From assembly GCF_037042905.1 (NCBI RefSeq), contig NC_087251.1, forward strand, positions 12,898,001 to 12,962,000: 64,000 nucleotides of DNA, in the 5' to 3' direction. The notes below the pieces were generated by a model, which saw only the letters and a list, made by a program, of their open reading frames with translations, ran no database searches and was not told the DNA's origin. Both the position numbers and the translations under genes were made by a program. Position 1 is the first letter of the stretch. Every line of letters begins with the position of its first letter. Origin of the DNA: Lytechinus pictus. Taxonomy: Eukaryota. Below are positions 43,028 through 57,563 of this stretch, in pieces.

Positions 43028-44354
43028 TAAAATTAGGTTTATTCAAAATTTTCCACCAAGAACTAAAACAGTTGGATTGACAACTGATTAAAGTGCATTA
43101 GTTATTTATTGCCGCAACTTGTTTCATCATAACTGAGACACATCATTTACACATGTATGAAAAAATGAAACATTTATGATTTCATGTAATAACATAAGAA
43201 AAAAGAAAGTGGGTATGTGTCACATCATCACCCCACCTAATGAATATTCACGGAATGTGCATATAACTGTTTTCACAAAATATTTATAAACTTTAAAATT
43301 CAATAACTGTTATTTGTGTCCGATTTTGATGAAATTTTCAGCATTTTGCCCAATGAATTTTACTCTATTTATTTAGATATAAAAATTTTCAGCCCGGACC
43401 ATCCCTTTAATAATATTTAGGCACAAGAACAGAGCAAACTAATCAGTATTGAACTAGAATCAATGACTATTTGTTTCATGTAATGCCTCACAGTTCACCA
43501 GTCATGTGTTAAATTGTGTATATTCATTTCAATTTTCATAATGATCTATTTTGAATATTCATATGATTTATGAATAAAAAGTAATGAGCATCAGAGAATT
43601 TTCTACGATTAAACACTTTCTTAATATTAAATCAAGCTAGCACTGCATGCTGACACACAAGTTAGACATATTCATTTCTTATTCCTGTGATATATCATAG
43701 GGGTCATAGAACTAGATATTCTGGATATTCAGTGTAACATTACAGCATAACATGATACGCTTCTGCTATGAAAAGTGCGTTCACCCACCAATGCTGTATA
43801 TCATGATACTGTGCTAGAAGCAATCATTAGGGGCACTATCCATAATAGAACGTACTGTACATGTATCATTAATGTATGATGTAGGCTCAGGAACAAACAT
43901 GTACAATATGCTAATTAATGTTGTACAGCTACATTTACATACATGTATGTAAAAAAACAAAAACAATAGTGATACCTAAATGAACATTGAGTGTGTTTAA
44001 ATAATGTTAAAGGAAATTTGTCCTTTCACATCTTACTATCTAAACTCAGTCAAAAGAGCTATCTGGTCCCTTATCACACTCTTCAAGGAGTGAGACAAAC
44101 TCTCATTTTCGAGTGAGATTTGCATCTTTCTAGAGTGATTTTACCTCTTTCTGGAGTGAAAGTGTCTAAAAAGATGCAGAGTTCACTTCAGAAGGAGCTA
44201 TATAATTCACTCTATAAGGAAGTACAGTTCACTCCAAAGGGATTAGTCCCATCTGTCACTCTGAGAGGAGTTTGATTACAGACCAGATTATCTCTTTTGC
44301 ATTTAGAGAGTAAGTGCTTTTTATGGTTTAATTGAAAATGATATTTTCAGTCCA

Positions 44355-44492
44355 GGGTCCCGTAACACAAAGGTTAGCAATTGATCGTACGCTTGATTTA
44401 CAGGATTGATTGTACATTGTAGTCAATGTAATCAATCGTAGAAAAATGAAAAATGTTCTACACTCATTGCTATGCTTTGTGTTATGGGCCCC
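44355..44492. mobile_element. Short MITE
   Basis: gggtcccgtaacacaaag / ctttgtgttatgggcccc. Confidence 0.7.
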
Positions 44493-44940
44493 ATGTGTTA
44501 TTTATCCTTCCATTCATTCCAAATTACCTTTAATTTTGATATGGGCTATTTTGATAATTTGAGGGCTAAATTGCCTTTGAATTAGCCCCTAACCAAGAAT
44601 GCACATCAAAGTGACCACCCAAGTATTTGTAATTGAAATTTAAAAAAATTCTAAATGAATTTGGTTGAAAATGAGTATTTGCTGAGTAAAAAGCAAACAA
44701 GCAATAAAACAAAACCACAGAGCATCAGGTGGAAGTGTATTTTTCAAAGCAATAAACAAATTTGTTTTTTGTCTGGATTTCCTTATTTTATCAAGTTTTG
44801 TTGAAGTAATGACTTTCAGTTCTTTTAAAATAATTTCTCAATGCCTTTTCTCTAGTTTAGCTTTAATTGTATTCCGCTTGTATTAGCAATTGAATTATTC
44901 TGGTATTTCAGATTATCGTTCTTTTCCCAATTCATTTTAA

Positions 44941-45132
<192 letters not shown>

Positions 45133-45924
45133 TGAGTATCAAAGTCACAATCTTTGGGGAGCATTGGAGGCAAATAGTGATTTTGTAGATCGTGTTATTT
45201 GGCTAAATAGAAGGAAAAAAATAAAATAAAAGAAGATGGAATTAAGATGTATTTGCCTTTTTCCGGCAACCCATTTTATTGGATAACATGATTATTTTCC
45301 CCCTGTAAGAAAGAATTTAATTATTTTCATTCTTTTGTGATGCACCTTACGATTCATAAATCTAAAGTGCGCACAGTCAGCCTTGTTGATGCGCTCACTT
45401 CCATGCGCGCAAACACACGTGCATACAAAATATGCATGTACACATGCTCAGTGGTATACCCTGAGGGAGAGAGCTCAACTGTGCAGTGGAAAAATAAAAA
45501 TGCATGTTTGCAGTGCAACGGAAAATAAAATTTGTATGCAGCACAAAATGAATCAAATATTGAATGGCTTTCAATCAATCAAATGACAAGAATCTTTGAA
45601 TGAGTTGTATGATTTGATATCTTTTTGGTAATTCCAATCAACAAAATTTCTTTTAATTTTTGATATCGCAATCTAGCTTACGACATTATTCCTTAGCCGT
45701 AGCTAAACAAGCTCAGCACATGCACAAAAAATGAAAAGACAATTGTAAACATTACTTCTTATCGATTACAAAAGGTGTCAAAACTTTAAATTACAACATA
45801 TTTTAGAAAGATTATAAGCCCCCCAAAAAAGAAGTCAAGAGTATTTTCACATTTTCAGTGCATATTTAGCATAGAAGACGCTTTTGTTATAAATATTGTT
45901 ATTTAAAAAAAAGAAACTATATAT

Positions 45925-46326
45925 TTAAAGATAAATTCCAGTTTTGGTAACGATCTCAAAATGACTTTTTACAAAATCTAATATAATGACCACCCAAGTG
46001 TCTGTTTGTATGAATAAAAAATATGTGCCAAAGGATTCTGGAAGAAATTGTGTAATTGCTGAGAAATAAGCAAAATAAGCGCGGATTCTGTCACTTCCGT
46101 CGGGTCTTTATTCCAGCAATAATAATACACTGTCCCACGTGCGCTTATCTGTGTTGGTGATCTTCAGTGTGAACATTTTTCAGCGTAGATTTCAAGATTT
46201 CACAAAGTTCAGTTTATGTAACTGTACCAGATCTAGATCCTCGATGATATACTGACAATTAAGCCTGGTTTTACAGACTTTCTCAAGAAATCAGTGTTTA
46301 CTGCAAATACTGGCATTTCTCTTTAA
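45925..46326. mobile_element. TTAA-flanked MITE
   Basis: ttaaagataaattccagtttt ... aatactggcatttctctttaa. Confidence 0.65.
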
Positions 46327-49059
46327 GGGTATTTCACTCTTGATTAATCAACCATCCGCTTTATTCAGCACTTGGAATCACAAGTTGAGGGGATTTCGGG
46401 GATATGAAATTTGACCACTGGCGTCATTTTAGCAGGGAAGTTCTCCAGTGAGCTTTCATATTGGCCTTTTCCCCGGTGAAGTTTGCCGGAGAAACCGTTT
46501 CACCTGGGAAGTAAAGTTATCCACCTCTCGAGGTGGAAAGGTTTGCCGGGGAAGTTCTCCTGTGTACCTTTCATACTGGACGCTTTCCCCTTCGCTGACG
46601 AACATCACCGGCGAAGCTTACCAGGGAAAAGCGCAATATGAAAGGGGTATTAGAGCAAAGGCCATTCAGAACTATCTTTTCAGCTATGTAAGTCTTTCAT
46701 ACCTGCCAAATACGAAAAACATTATTTTTGGTCAGTGTTAAACAAGTACTTGTATTATCCCTGAAAAATTCTGCAAATCGGTAGGCCAATGTTGAGATTA
46801 ATTACACCTTGCTTGTTCACGTAATACGGGAAATATCTACATTCTTGGTTCCATATTTAATAAGACAGGAGGCTGAAAGGAATATGGAACCAGAATGTAA
46901 ATATTTCCTGTATTCCATAAGAACATGCAGGGTGTAACGGTTTTATCACTTTAAGTGTACCCTTATTGTAGAATAAGGGGAAATCACGACAATGAACTGA
47001 AACCCTGCATTTTGTGAGTAAATCTTGAAAGGAATCCTTCATGCCACAGTAAAAAGGGAGTGCATTTAACCATTGATATTGTTTGGCAAATAGTAGTGTG
47101 CAGCGCGATGCTTGAGTATGCTGTATTAAACATGCTACGTAATATGGCCTCATATTACGTGGTTGACTTGAAATCAGTTCTGGGCATGCGCCTAACAATG
47201 AAAACAACATTGAAACAACAGTCGAACATCAAATATATGATACAGGCTCATTACCTGTTTGATCTCTTTGACCAAGTAATGCGAGATTGTCTTTCAGATA
47301 AATTGACCAATCAGAATACAAATTCATGAATACGAGGGCCCACTAAGTGATAAATTATGATATTTCCAGAACATTTGCTGGGATATATCCAAGGTTGAGG
47401 TGATATAATAAGTGTGAAAACACACTGTTTCAAGAACATACTAACTTTTAGGCAAGAGTAATGCATGTCTTATGCTATAGCAATGCAATCATCTTGTTGC
47501 TTGGTTATAACCAAGGGAACTTTATATTTTGTCCAGGTGGATATACCTATGTATACACAAAATAAATTATTGGTATTTTGGGGCCTGAACGAGTTTTGTT
47601 TACATACATTTTTGTAATCAGGCTGGTGTGAATATGCCCATTTTCTCCATTTATTTTGGGTACAAAATGGTTCATTAGCTAAATTCAGTTCCAGTGTTTG
47701 GAATATAAATGGAGGAAGGACTTTATTGTCTCTATTTGATCTAGTGATCTACTTTTGGTCCAGCTCCATATGCTGGTTCTCATCAGCCTAAAGTTTTACT
47801 CAAATTTTATAATATCTTTAACTCCTTTTAAAAAAAGTTCAATCTCAAGATTAACAAAGTTATGTATCTATTGACCTGGCGGATTCTTACTTGAACATGG
47901 ACATTGACATTCAGTTAGAAAGCCTTTGTAATTTTGGCTCAATGAATACCTTGCAGGTATGGACAATATCATGATTTGTAAATCATCCTGACCCCAATTG
48001 GAATGCATCTTCATGCGTAAATTAGCTTTGATAATTCCCAAATATTTTTTTTCCTATCAAAATGGGGAAAATTATCCCAAGATGAACACCACAAAAAAAA
48101 CGCTATTTGTGTCCTCATTACAAATAATGAATTTTTAAGATTTGAGATAATTTGCCAGATCAGAAATAGTAGGATAGTTCAGAAAGCCTGGCTGATTGGG
48201 ACAAGCCTCACATTCAAATAGCTCTGTCTGACCCAAATTCTAGTGACCTGGGAAGGTCATTTGGGGCAAGTGTCTGGCGTAGCTAGCCTTTGCTACAGCT
48301 CCCCATCAAAAGGGAAATAAGGTGATAAACTGTAGTTCATTGTAAAAATTAACACTGAAATTCTTAAGCTAAATGAATTCATCTTGATATGTGATCCCTA
48401 TGGTGCCATTACTTATATTGGTTTTAAAATGATGTAAAATACAAATAATAACACAATGCAATAGATTCTCCTTGAAAGTATTAGAAATAACATTTATTTT
48501 AAAAATAAATGAAGAAATATAGAATTGTATCATCTGGTAATTCTAAGGTAAATATCAACCATTCCCTGTAACTGTTGGTGCAATAAAACAACATTTGCCA
48601 AATATTTTTTTTCAGTGTTTCCATAGCTCGAAAACAAATTTCCTGAAACTGAACCAAAATTTCCCTAATTTCAGAGGAATTTCCTGGAATCTTTTTTTTT
48701 AAAAATCATACAAATATACAGCGAGTCTGAACTTGGGCCTAGTGACTAAATTTAAAGAATTTAAGATCTTAATTTTCATGCACTTCCAATTGGAACAAAA
48801 TAAGTCACTAATGTGAGCAAAAAGTGCAAAAATATTTCTTTTCCTGAGCCTTCCACTCTTCCTGATATTCCAGGAAGAGTGGAAACACTGGTTTCTTTGT
48901 ACATACAATACGTGCCACGAGACCAGAGCAAATCTCTATCTATGATGGATGTCCTGTCTGTGAGGTGATTGATTTGATTCCATAGACCTAATTTACTTGT
49001 GAATTGTTAACTTATTAATGTTGACAAATAGTATCTAAAGAATGTTTAGGGATGGTCTT

Positions 49060-51604
49060 TCCTTTGTTAGAAGAAGAATCTTGGGATGATGTATTTAGTA
49101 CAGAATGTGTTGACGAGTCCTACGAAACATTTATTGATATCTTCATGAGTCATGTTAATGAAAATATTCCCTTTGCAAAGCCCAAGTCCAAAAATTATAA
49201 AAGATCACCCAGACTACCTTGGATAACGAATTCAATTCTTCGTTCGATAAATAGAAAAAATCGATTATACTATAAATATATATCAAGATTAACTGAGAAT
49301 ACTCGGAGCCAATATACTAATTATAAGAATACACTTACAGGGGTCATCCGTACTGCTAAAAAGGCATATTACCATGATCAATTTAATCAATGCAAGAATG
49401 ATCTTAAAAAAACATGGAAATTGATCAATTCTACCATCAATAATGGACCAAAGTTTTCAAAGATAACTAAGCTTATGCATAATGATTCTATTATTGAAGA
49501 TAAAGTTCAGATGGCAAATATTTTCAACAATTACTTTTCACAAGTTGGATTTAAGCTCTCTAGAAGTATACCAACAAACTCCCATTCATTTCATCAATAT
49601 CTGGGGGATAGAAATCAAAGTTCTATGTTTTTCTCTCCTACGAACGCACAGGAGATAATTAAAATTATATCTAGCCTAAAATCAAATAAAAGTGCAGGAT
49701 TTGATAACATTGATAACAACCTTTTACTAAAAACTATGAATTATATAATTGACCCTCTTATTTATATATTCAATTTGTCATTATCATCGGGAAATATTCC
49801 AAAATCAATGAAAATTTCTAAGATAATACCAGTCTTCAAAAAAGGTGATAGTTCTTTAGCAAGTAATTACAGACCGATTTCATTGCTTACAAACTTATCT
49901 AAAATTCTTGAAAAATTGGTTCACATACGAACCATATGTTTTTTTAAAAAGCACAACATCCTATCCGATACTCAATTTGGTTTCCGGGAAAAGAGTAGCA
50001 CTTCCCACGCAATACTTTCTTTGGTTCAAACAGTTGCCAAAGCTTATGACAAGTCTTCGAATACGATTGGTTTGTTTTTAGATTTTTCAAAAGCATTCGA
50101 TACAGTTGATCATAACATTCTCCTTTATAAACTTTCTCATTATGGAATAAGAGGGGAACCACTAAAGTGGTTCAAGAATTATCTAACCGGGCGTTCACAG
50201 TTCGTTTCACTTGATTGTAATATTTCTGAACGTAAACCTGTCCTTTGTGGAGTTCCACAGGGCAGCATTCTTGGCCCACTTTTGTTCATTACTTATATAA
50301 ATGATATTGATATGTCATCTAGATTGCTCCAATTTATACTTTTCGCTGATGACTCTAATATATTTCTGTCGCACCCCGACCCAGAGCAATTGACGCAAAT
50401 ATTCAATGACGAACTAAAAAATGTGTCTAATTGGATAACAGCTAACAAACTCTCTCTTAACCTAGAAAAAACTAGCTACATGCTATTTAGCAACAAGATT
50501 ACGAGTGTACCAAAAGATGTAATTTTAAATGATATTGTCATTCAAAGAGTGCGATCTACTAAATTTTTGGGACTGATCATTGACGACAAACTTTCTTGGA
50601 AAGCACATATTGATAATATTTGTAAAATCATTGCTCGCAACATCGGTGTCATTAGAAAATTAAGTTACTTCTTACCCCATTATATTTTGTTATCATTGTA
50701 TTCAACGTTAATTTTACCTTACTTGAATTACGGAGTTGTTGCGTGGGGTAATGCAGCGAATTATCAAATTAATAGACTTTTTATTTTACAAAAAAGAGTG
50801 ATTCGTATTATTAGTCATGCAGAATTCAGGGCACATACAAATATTCTGTTTTTGAGAAATAAAGTCTTGAAGATTAAAGATTTATATTCTTTTCAACTCG
50901 GACAGTTAATGTTCAAGTTTATCAATAAACAATTACCGTTACCTTTTAATAATATGTTTATAAAAAATGATACAATTCATAAACACTTCACTCGCCAGGC
51001 GAGTTCCTTTCATTTACCTCTGAATAGAACATCGTTTGCACAGAAGACATTTGTTTTTACTGGTCCAAAATTATGGAATTATTTTTCAAAGGATATTATA
51101 CAATGTAATTCAATACACAATTTCAAAGGAAAACTTAAAAAATATCTTCTGAATTCATATTAGATTATCGTTTTTTCCCAAAGTAATGTAATTCAGAACT
51201 TAATATGTAAATGTGTTTATTAATTTCTCTTTGTATATATGTTTAATCGTTTTATGATTTCTGTATACAGTGTATACTGAATCATTTATTTTTATTATTA
51301 TTTAATTTAATTTTAATTTTTTTAATTTTTTTATTCATTATATATATATATATATTGTTTATTTCTTTATTTTATCTTATTTTTAATTCATAAAATTTAC
51401 TTATAAAAGGGGGCCTTCACCCTACAAGCTCTGCTTTTTAGTTGGTCTCCTTCCCTTTCGATTTCATGGTATTATTGTATTATAAAAAAATGATTTAAAT
51501 GTTATATTTTGTAAATATGTATATTGAACTATCATTGTAAATGTAAAAAGATTGAAAGAGAAAATAAATGAATTGAATTGAAAATTGAATTGAAATTGAA
51601 ATTG
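49060..51604 (+). mobile_element. 5'-truncated non-LTR retrotransposon (CR1/L2 group) with an uninterrupted RT ORF
   Basis: 703-aa ORF 49052-51163 with PWIT, NYRPISLL, QFGFR, FLDFSKAFDTV, GVPQGSILGP, FADD, KFLG; no endonuclease domain seen; AT-rich 3' UTR, AATAAA at 51563 and an (AATTG)n-like tail. Confidence 0.93.
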
Positions 51605-53131
51605 TTTACCAGTATATTATACAAATATTGACTGCTCATGAGGATGACTGTGGAATCATTCCCCAGGTGTTTTTCAAACCAGCCCTTCTATCACCCCAAG
51701 ACCTTGGCTGAGGGGTGATAGAAGGTGATAGAGGGGCCGGTGTGAAAAACATGGAGGGAGTGATGATTCTACCATCATAATACAGAGCATTCCATATTTG
51801 TTTTATTTGCCTCATCGATAATAACAAGATCTGTTTTACACTAAATCGATACTCAAGGGCTATGGGTATCTATAGGTGGTTTCAAACCGCCTCGATCACA
51901 ATAATCCCCGTTAAATTACGAGAACTTTTTCATGCTAAAAAATACCAGATAATTATTCCTGCATTCAGACCGCCCCGAAACACACTCTTCTGGGAAATTT
52001 CTCGAAGTTATGAGCGTTCGCAGTACTGTCTGGTAGCAGACGGAAGAAGTGTACGCTTTTCAACAGCGGTATGTATCGCGATCTGGGACGGCCGGCCAGG
52101 GCGGGAGATCCGCCTGCGGCCGGCCTAGCTCTAGCACGTACTAACTACATGTATACTCGATGCGCAAATCATTTGTTCCCTTGATCATCTGCAATTGCAC
52201 TAGATTTCTCTCCACATTGAAATTAAGGCCTTGGTGGCCTCCTCACTCCAGTGCGATGTCATCTGGTATGAAAATGTAGAATACCTGTAAATATCACCCT
52301 TAATTCGTAAAAATAATTTTTTGAAGAAGAATCAACCGCCGAGTCAAAGTCGAAACCCTGAGTCACGTTGCATGAAAAGTGCAGGTATGTTTATCGCTGC
52401 ATGCACTGGCGCTGGCCGGCTGACCGTGCCGGCTTGCTCGCTCGGTAGGCCTCGCATCAGCCTCGCATATCCATGCATACTGAACAGCGCGCGCTATGTA
52501 CTGGAAATTCACTTATCGCGGTGATCGATGGGATACAAGTGCTCGTACTTTGCTTTCAGATTGCCAAAATACCCACGACCTTGGAAAAATCCCCACGAAA
52601 GTTCTCGTAATTTCGCCAAGTACCTACTATATAGCGGGTATTTTCTTTCGGGGAAATTACGCATAGTTTGCTTTCACATTACCAAAATACCTGGTATTTT
52701 CTGATTGGGGTAAATTTCCCGAAAATTCCTGGAACTGACAAACTTTGAGGCGGTCTGAAACCACCTTATTTTAGGACCACTTAAACTCTTTGTCATATAA
52801 AGCTAGTTATTTTGATCCAATAATTCAAATGAGCTGCTATGCTGTTTGTCAATTGGCACCACCGTAGCACTTGAGCCGGTAGCCGGCTGCGCGTTTGAGA
52901 TCTAGCAGCAGCCAGCAGCAGATAGCTCAACCCTGGAGCCACCTACATGTAGCTGCGCTTGTATCAACACAAGGTGTGGCCCCGTCCTCGGGGGTTATGC
53001 ATTCTATCACAGGGTTTGATAGAAGAAATTGAAAGCAAGTCAAAACCCTGAGATGATAATAGACAGAACTATGACATCTCACATGATGTACTTTTGACCA
53101 AAAAGTGATTATTAGTATGAAGTATAGTAAT
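51604..53131. mobile_element. Unclassified non-autonomous element interrupted by the 51874-52766 MITE
   Basis: Repeated tgatagaa/ttctatca words on both sides of the MITE; GC-rich interior; ends only loosely inverted. Confidence 0.35.
51874..52766. mobile_element. Harbinger-like MITE (inverted fragment at 22580-22710)
   Basis: aggtggtttcaaaccgcctc / gaggcggtctgaaaccacct. Confidence 0.82.
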
Positions 53132-56100
53132 TAGCACATTTTTTTAGACCAGAATTATTTAATTAAGGCTAATCATATTTTTAATGCTATTCAGAATAAT
53201 TTCCACATATTTTTTTTCAATTCAGATCATTAAACCAATATTAAATATAAATCAATTACAAAGCATAATTACTAGTATATTATGTAACAAAATGGTTAGG
53301 ACCAAAAAAGGAGCTGGAGCTTGTAAAACGTACAGTATAGATTCAGTGTTCATGAAGCAGATAAAATGTGCACTCTTCAAGTCCTGACATTAAATTAAAA
53401 CTTTTAATAAAGAAAAAAAAAAGCAGATGTAATTTTTTCTTCAAAGTGATAAATAATCTGTTTGTAATAAAACTTGTCATGATATTTATGCTTGGCTATT
53501 AATGGAAAATATCAATTAAGCAATGCAATGCAGGCTGAATAGTCTTGTATTTTAATCAGATGATGTAACCCAGGGATTCTCAAATGGTGGCGAACGCGCC
53601 ACTTGTGGCGCACCGAGCGCTTGTGGTGCTTGGGAGCCGGTATAAAAAAAATAAAAATAAAGGAAAATTGGGGAGAAAAAAATGTATTTACCAGTACCCT
53701 GGGCTGGAAATAAGGATTTGGTGATCATTTTAATACAAAGAGAAAACAAAAACTCTTTACTTGACGCTTAATTGCTAATTGATTTCTTCAAATTTTGTCC
53801 AGTTTAGCACTCGATAACCCCTTTTATGGAGGATCAATGGTGTTCTCCTTTTTATTTATTCTATGCTGTACAAAGTTTATGTGCCACACAAGTGATTTGA
53901 AAGCCCCGTTTGTAGGATTTCTATTTCTACGGCGAGTAATTTTGCATTTCCATATACGTTTTGGTTAAGAGTTAAACATCAAATAATTTGATATTCAAAG
54001 AACATCCTGATCATAAAAGATTATAAATTTGGGACATAACAAACAGAAACTTTGTTTCCGAAGCCTATTAAAATCCGAAGTTGTAAAAGTGAAATATGCT
54101 CAGATGTATTGCCTGCCGTGATTGCCTGCATGCACTCTTGCTTAACATGAACTGAATGAATGATACTGCACGTGAGTTGTAGAGAGAGAGGGGCAGTTTT
54201 GGGCATTAGTGCAATGCAACGCGTGATTTTCAGCCCTTGCAAAATCGGGTAATATAACTTCAGCCACTGGCTTACAGATGGGGGTGTGGATTGGGGGGCC
54301 CCCAAGTGTTTCACGGCCAAGAAAAAAAAGGAGAAAAGGAAAGAAAAAGAAGGGGAAAGAGTGGAATATTGTATTATTTTTTAAATATTATGTCAAATAT
54401 AGATTTTTGTATTGAAAAGTTCAACATTTTTGCTTCAGCTGCCATATCTATATAGCCCCCTCATTTTTTTTTCTCATTACGCCATTTGCTTCAGCCAATA
54501 GATCTGGTGCAGAACAGTCTGAACTAGTGGTATCATTGGTACATGTATGTTGTGAAATAGTTACTAATCATTTTTCTTTTAATAAATATTGTGTAGTTTT
54601 TAGGCATTTGTATTTCTTCTGTTGATATTAATTAGAGCCCCTCTGGGCAATTTAAAAGGCCTCATATTCCAAAACTTCTGGGGGCTCTGCCCCCTCGACC
54701 CCCACCAGGGGCCTCTGGACCCTCTCCGCAATACTTTGCTGGTTTGCGTAATGGATAGTGGAGCATTACAGATTCTCAGCAAGAAATGTGGAGCTTCAAA
54801 AAAAGTAATTGAGAATGGCTGATGTAACCAGTCAATGAGACTTGAAAAATTATTTTCCCTGAATTTAATAACAAAAAATTGCAAGGTAGCTTCATTTACA
54901 CTGGTAGCAATTTTTTTTCTAATATATTGGTATTTTGTTTGAATTTAATACAGATCAGCAACCATCTGTAGATTTGCAAAAAGTTCCTTGTTACTGCATC
55001 ATTTTAACACTGCTTATAAAAACAGTATGAATAATGTTATTAAATTATGATATTAAATAAGCTTCAAAGGGTCGTTATAAATAGCAATACTCATATCAAC
55101 AGGTCATTGCTGATTTTCCTAAGTACTGCTCTGTATAATGATGTAGTAAAAAAAATCTGATGTTCCCTTTGTTTTCTTAAGATAATTCTTAATTCGTTCA
55201 CAATTATTTTTTGTGTAAATGAACCTATATCTGGTAGTGAGCAATAGAATAAATTGCCTTGACACTAATAATATTCAATACTTATAGACATGAAATGAGT
55301 CATGTTTATTATAGAGAGGCCTTGCTAAGACTATTATATTTTATTTGTATCTTATGTGTTGCTTTGGAAATATTTAATTTAGCTTTCTGATTTGATGAAA
55401 AAAAAATCTTCATTGAATTATTTGGCATGCTATTTAAGATGAACATTTGATTATATGAAATATAGAATACTTTAATTGCACATTCTACTACAAGGAAACA
55501 ACCTGAATGAATCACAATAGGTTACAACAATGGCAATCCCACATATTCAAGGCGTTAAACCTTGTTCATGTTATAATGAGGAAAAGAGTTGGATATTTCT
55601 TTTTTTCATAATTCATTTGTCATAAATTAAAATACAAAAGAAATGAGTGGGTGATGTCATCAGTTTTCTCATTTGCATATATCAAACCGAACTGTATTAT
55701 GAAAGTAAGTGAATATTTCACAGCATCATAAAATTCTTTTGTATTGTAGTTTGAAATCAAATTTAATTAAATTGTCAGCAGATTATGCTACTTTGACTTT
55801 TCTCTTTTCATTTAAATCAAATTTTGATTGGGGGTGGACTTGCCCTAAATATTAAGAAAAACAAGTTTTGGAACAGACTAGCGAGAGCAGACTATTTGTT
55901 GTGTGTTATCTGGTCACTGATCAGTCTACACCTGGTGACCTTATGTCACCTACATGTACAAATAGGTCATGTTCACATCAGGATTACACCGTTATGTTGG
56001 ATCATCAAGCAAATTGTTAAGTAATGGTACAACTCGTGTTCACACTCTATATAAGTACAGATCACTGTACAATGTTTCTCTCTGGACATGATAGGTTCAC

Positions 56101-56681
56101 AATTCATTAATGCTGTAGAATGTATTATGTAGATTGATTACTCTAGAATTACATAAGAGCCCTGGTTGTGTTCACATAATTTGTTTTTTACCATAAGGTC
56201 ATATGAGAGAAATGATACATGTTTCTGTGATAGCTAATTTGCTAATTTTAGTCTATTAAAAATGAATAAATTGAGAAAATTCAAACATTTAGTCCTAAAT
56301 GCTAGAAATATAATTGAAAGTGGATGTTAAATGAGAAAACTGACATTCTAAGGTCTCTCTTGTTTACACAAAAACTGTTATATGCACATCACTGATGATT
56401 TGTCTATGACTTTAATATTATTTTATGTTATCACATAGAACACATCATTTTTCCTCCAATGATATCTTCAGAAGTTCCTCTAATTCCTAATGGAAAATGG
56501 ACTATCATGATAATTTATTGTTAATTGGTGGCGATCTCATGTAGCATCAAATTTATCTAAAAATAAAAAACTACTACTATTGTACATGTGTAACAAAATT
56601 GTGAGTGTGTGATAATTTTTCACATGCTTTTTACTCTGTATTATATTAGTTATACATGTGTATTGTATGTATGAAATGCTC

Positions 56682-57263
56682 TTAAAGGAGAATAAAACCC
56701 TTGAAACCAGCTGAATCCATATCAAAGAGAAAAATCAAAGAAACATATTGTTGAAAGTTTGAGGAAGATTGAATGAATAATAAGAAAGTTATGAGCATTT
56801 GAATGTCGAGATCACTAATGCCACGTAGATCCTCCCATTGGCAATGCGATCAATATCTGTGATGTCACACACGTACAACTCCCTCATTACTTTAGTACTT
56901 ATTTCACTTATATTCTCACTTTTATAGAGTCTATCACAAGGTGAGGTGTTCTCTTTATGAGAGGACAAGTACAGAGGTTCCACAACATTATATCATTGAT
57001 GAATCGTTTGTCATATGATTAGAATGAGCAAAAAGAGATGTTTTGGGGTATATTTTCAGTGTCCAAAAGGGGAGAGTTGTTCATCTGTGACATCATAGAT
57101 CTTGGTCGCATTGCCAATGGGAGGATCTCCATAGCATTAGTGATCTTGACATTCAAATGCTCATAACTTTCTTATTATTCATTCAAACTTTCAACAATAT
57201 GTTTCTTTGATTTTTCTCTTTGATATGGATTCAGCTGGTTTCAAGGGTTTCATTCTCCTTTAA
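56682..57263. mobile_element. TTAA-flanked foldback MITE with long TIRs
   Basis: ttaaaggagaataaaacccttgaaaccagctgaatccatatc ... gatatggattcagctggtttcaagggtttcattctcctttaa; arms of roughly 170-190 bp. Confidence 0.88.
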
Positions 57264-57563
57264 GGTATGCATGTACTTGTATCAAATTGAATTTGTCATT
57301 GACTGAGGTCAAATGTTTATGAAAAAAAATCAAATATAGGCAGATATTTTTTTTGGCTGCTTGTCACTGGGTATTTTTGTATCAGCTGGCCTTTTCACAG
57401 AAAATCTTACCTGTAAGGTCACTGGACATATTTCTTGGTGTTATGGTTTTTTTTGTAGTCATATTACTCAAATCAATACTGGTACATATATGTAGATGAC
57501 AGAGTATGGTTTCAAAATAGCTCAGGCCATATTCACATCTGAACCACTTAGATAGGTTTCTCT

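Larger units (their letters stand above)
42469..43410. mobile_element. TTAA-flanked MITE (Kolobok-like) hosting the 327-bp insertion
   Basis: ttaa|agggatggtcc ... ggaccatccct|ttaa; same family as 17631-18191. Confidence 0.85.

Noticed and set aside
49052..49062. ATG of the 703-aa ORF as a real start of an intact gene
   Set aside because: Probably flank-derived at the 5' truncation point; the endonuclease domain and ORF1 are absent
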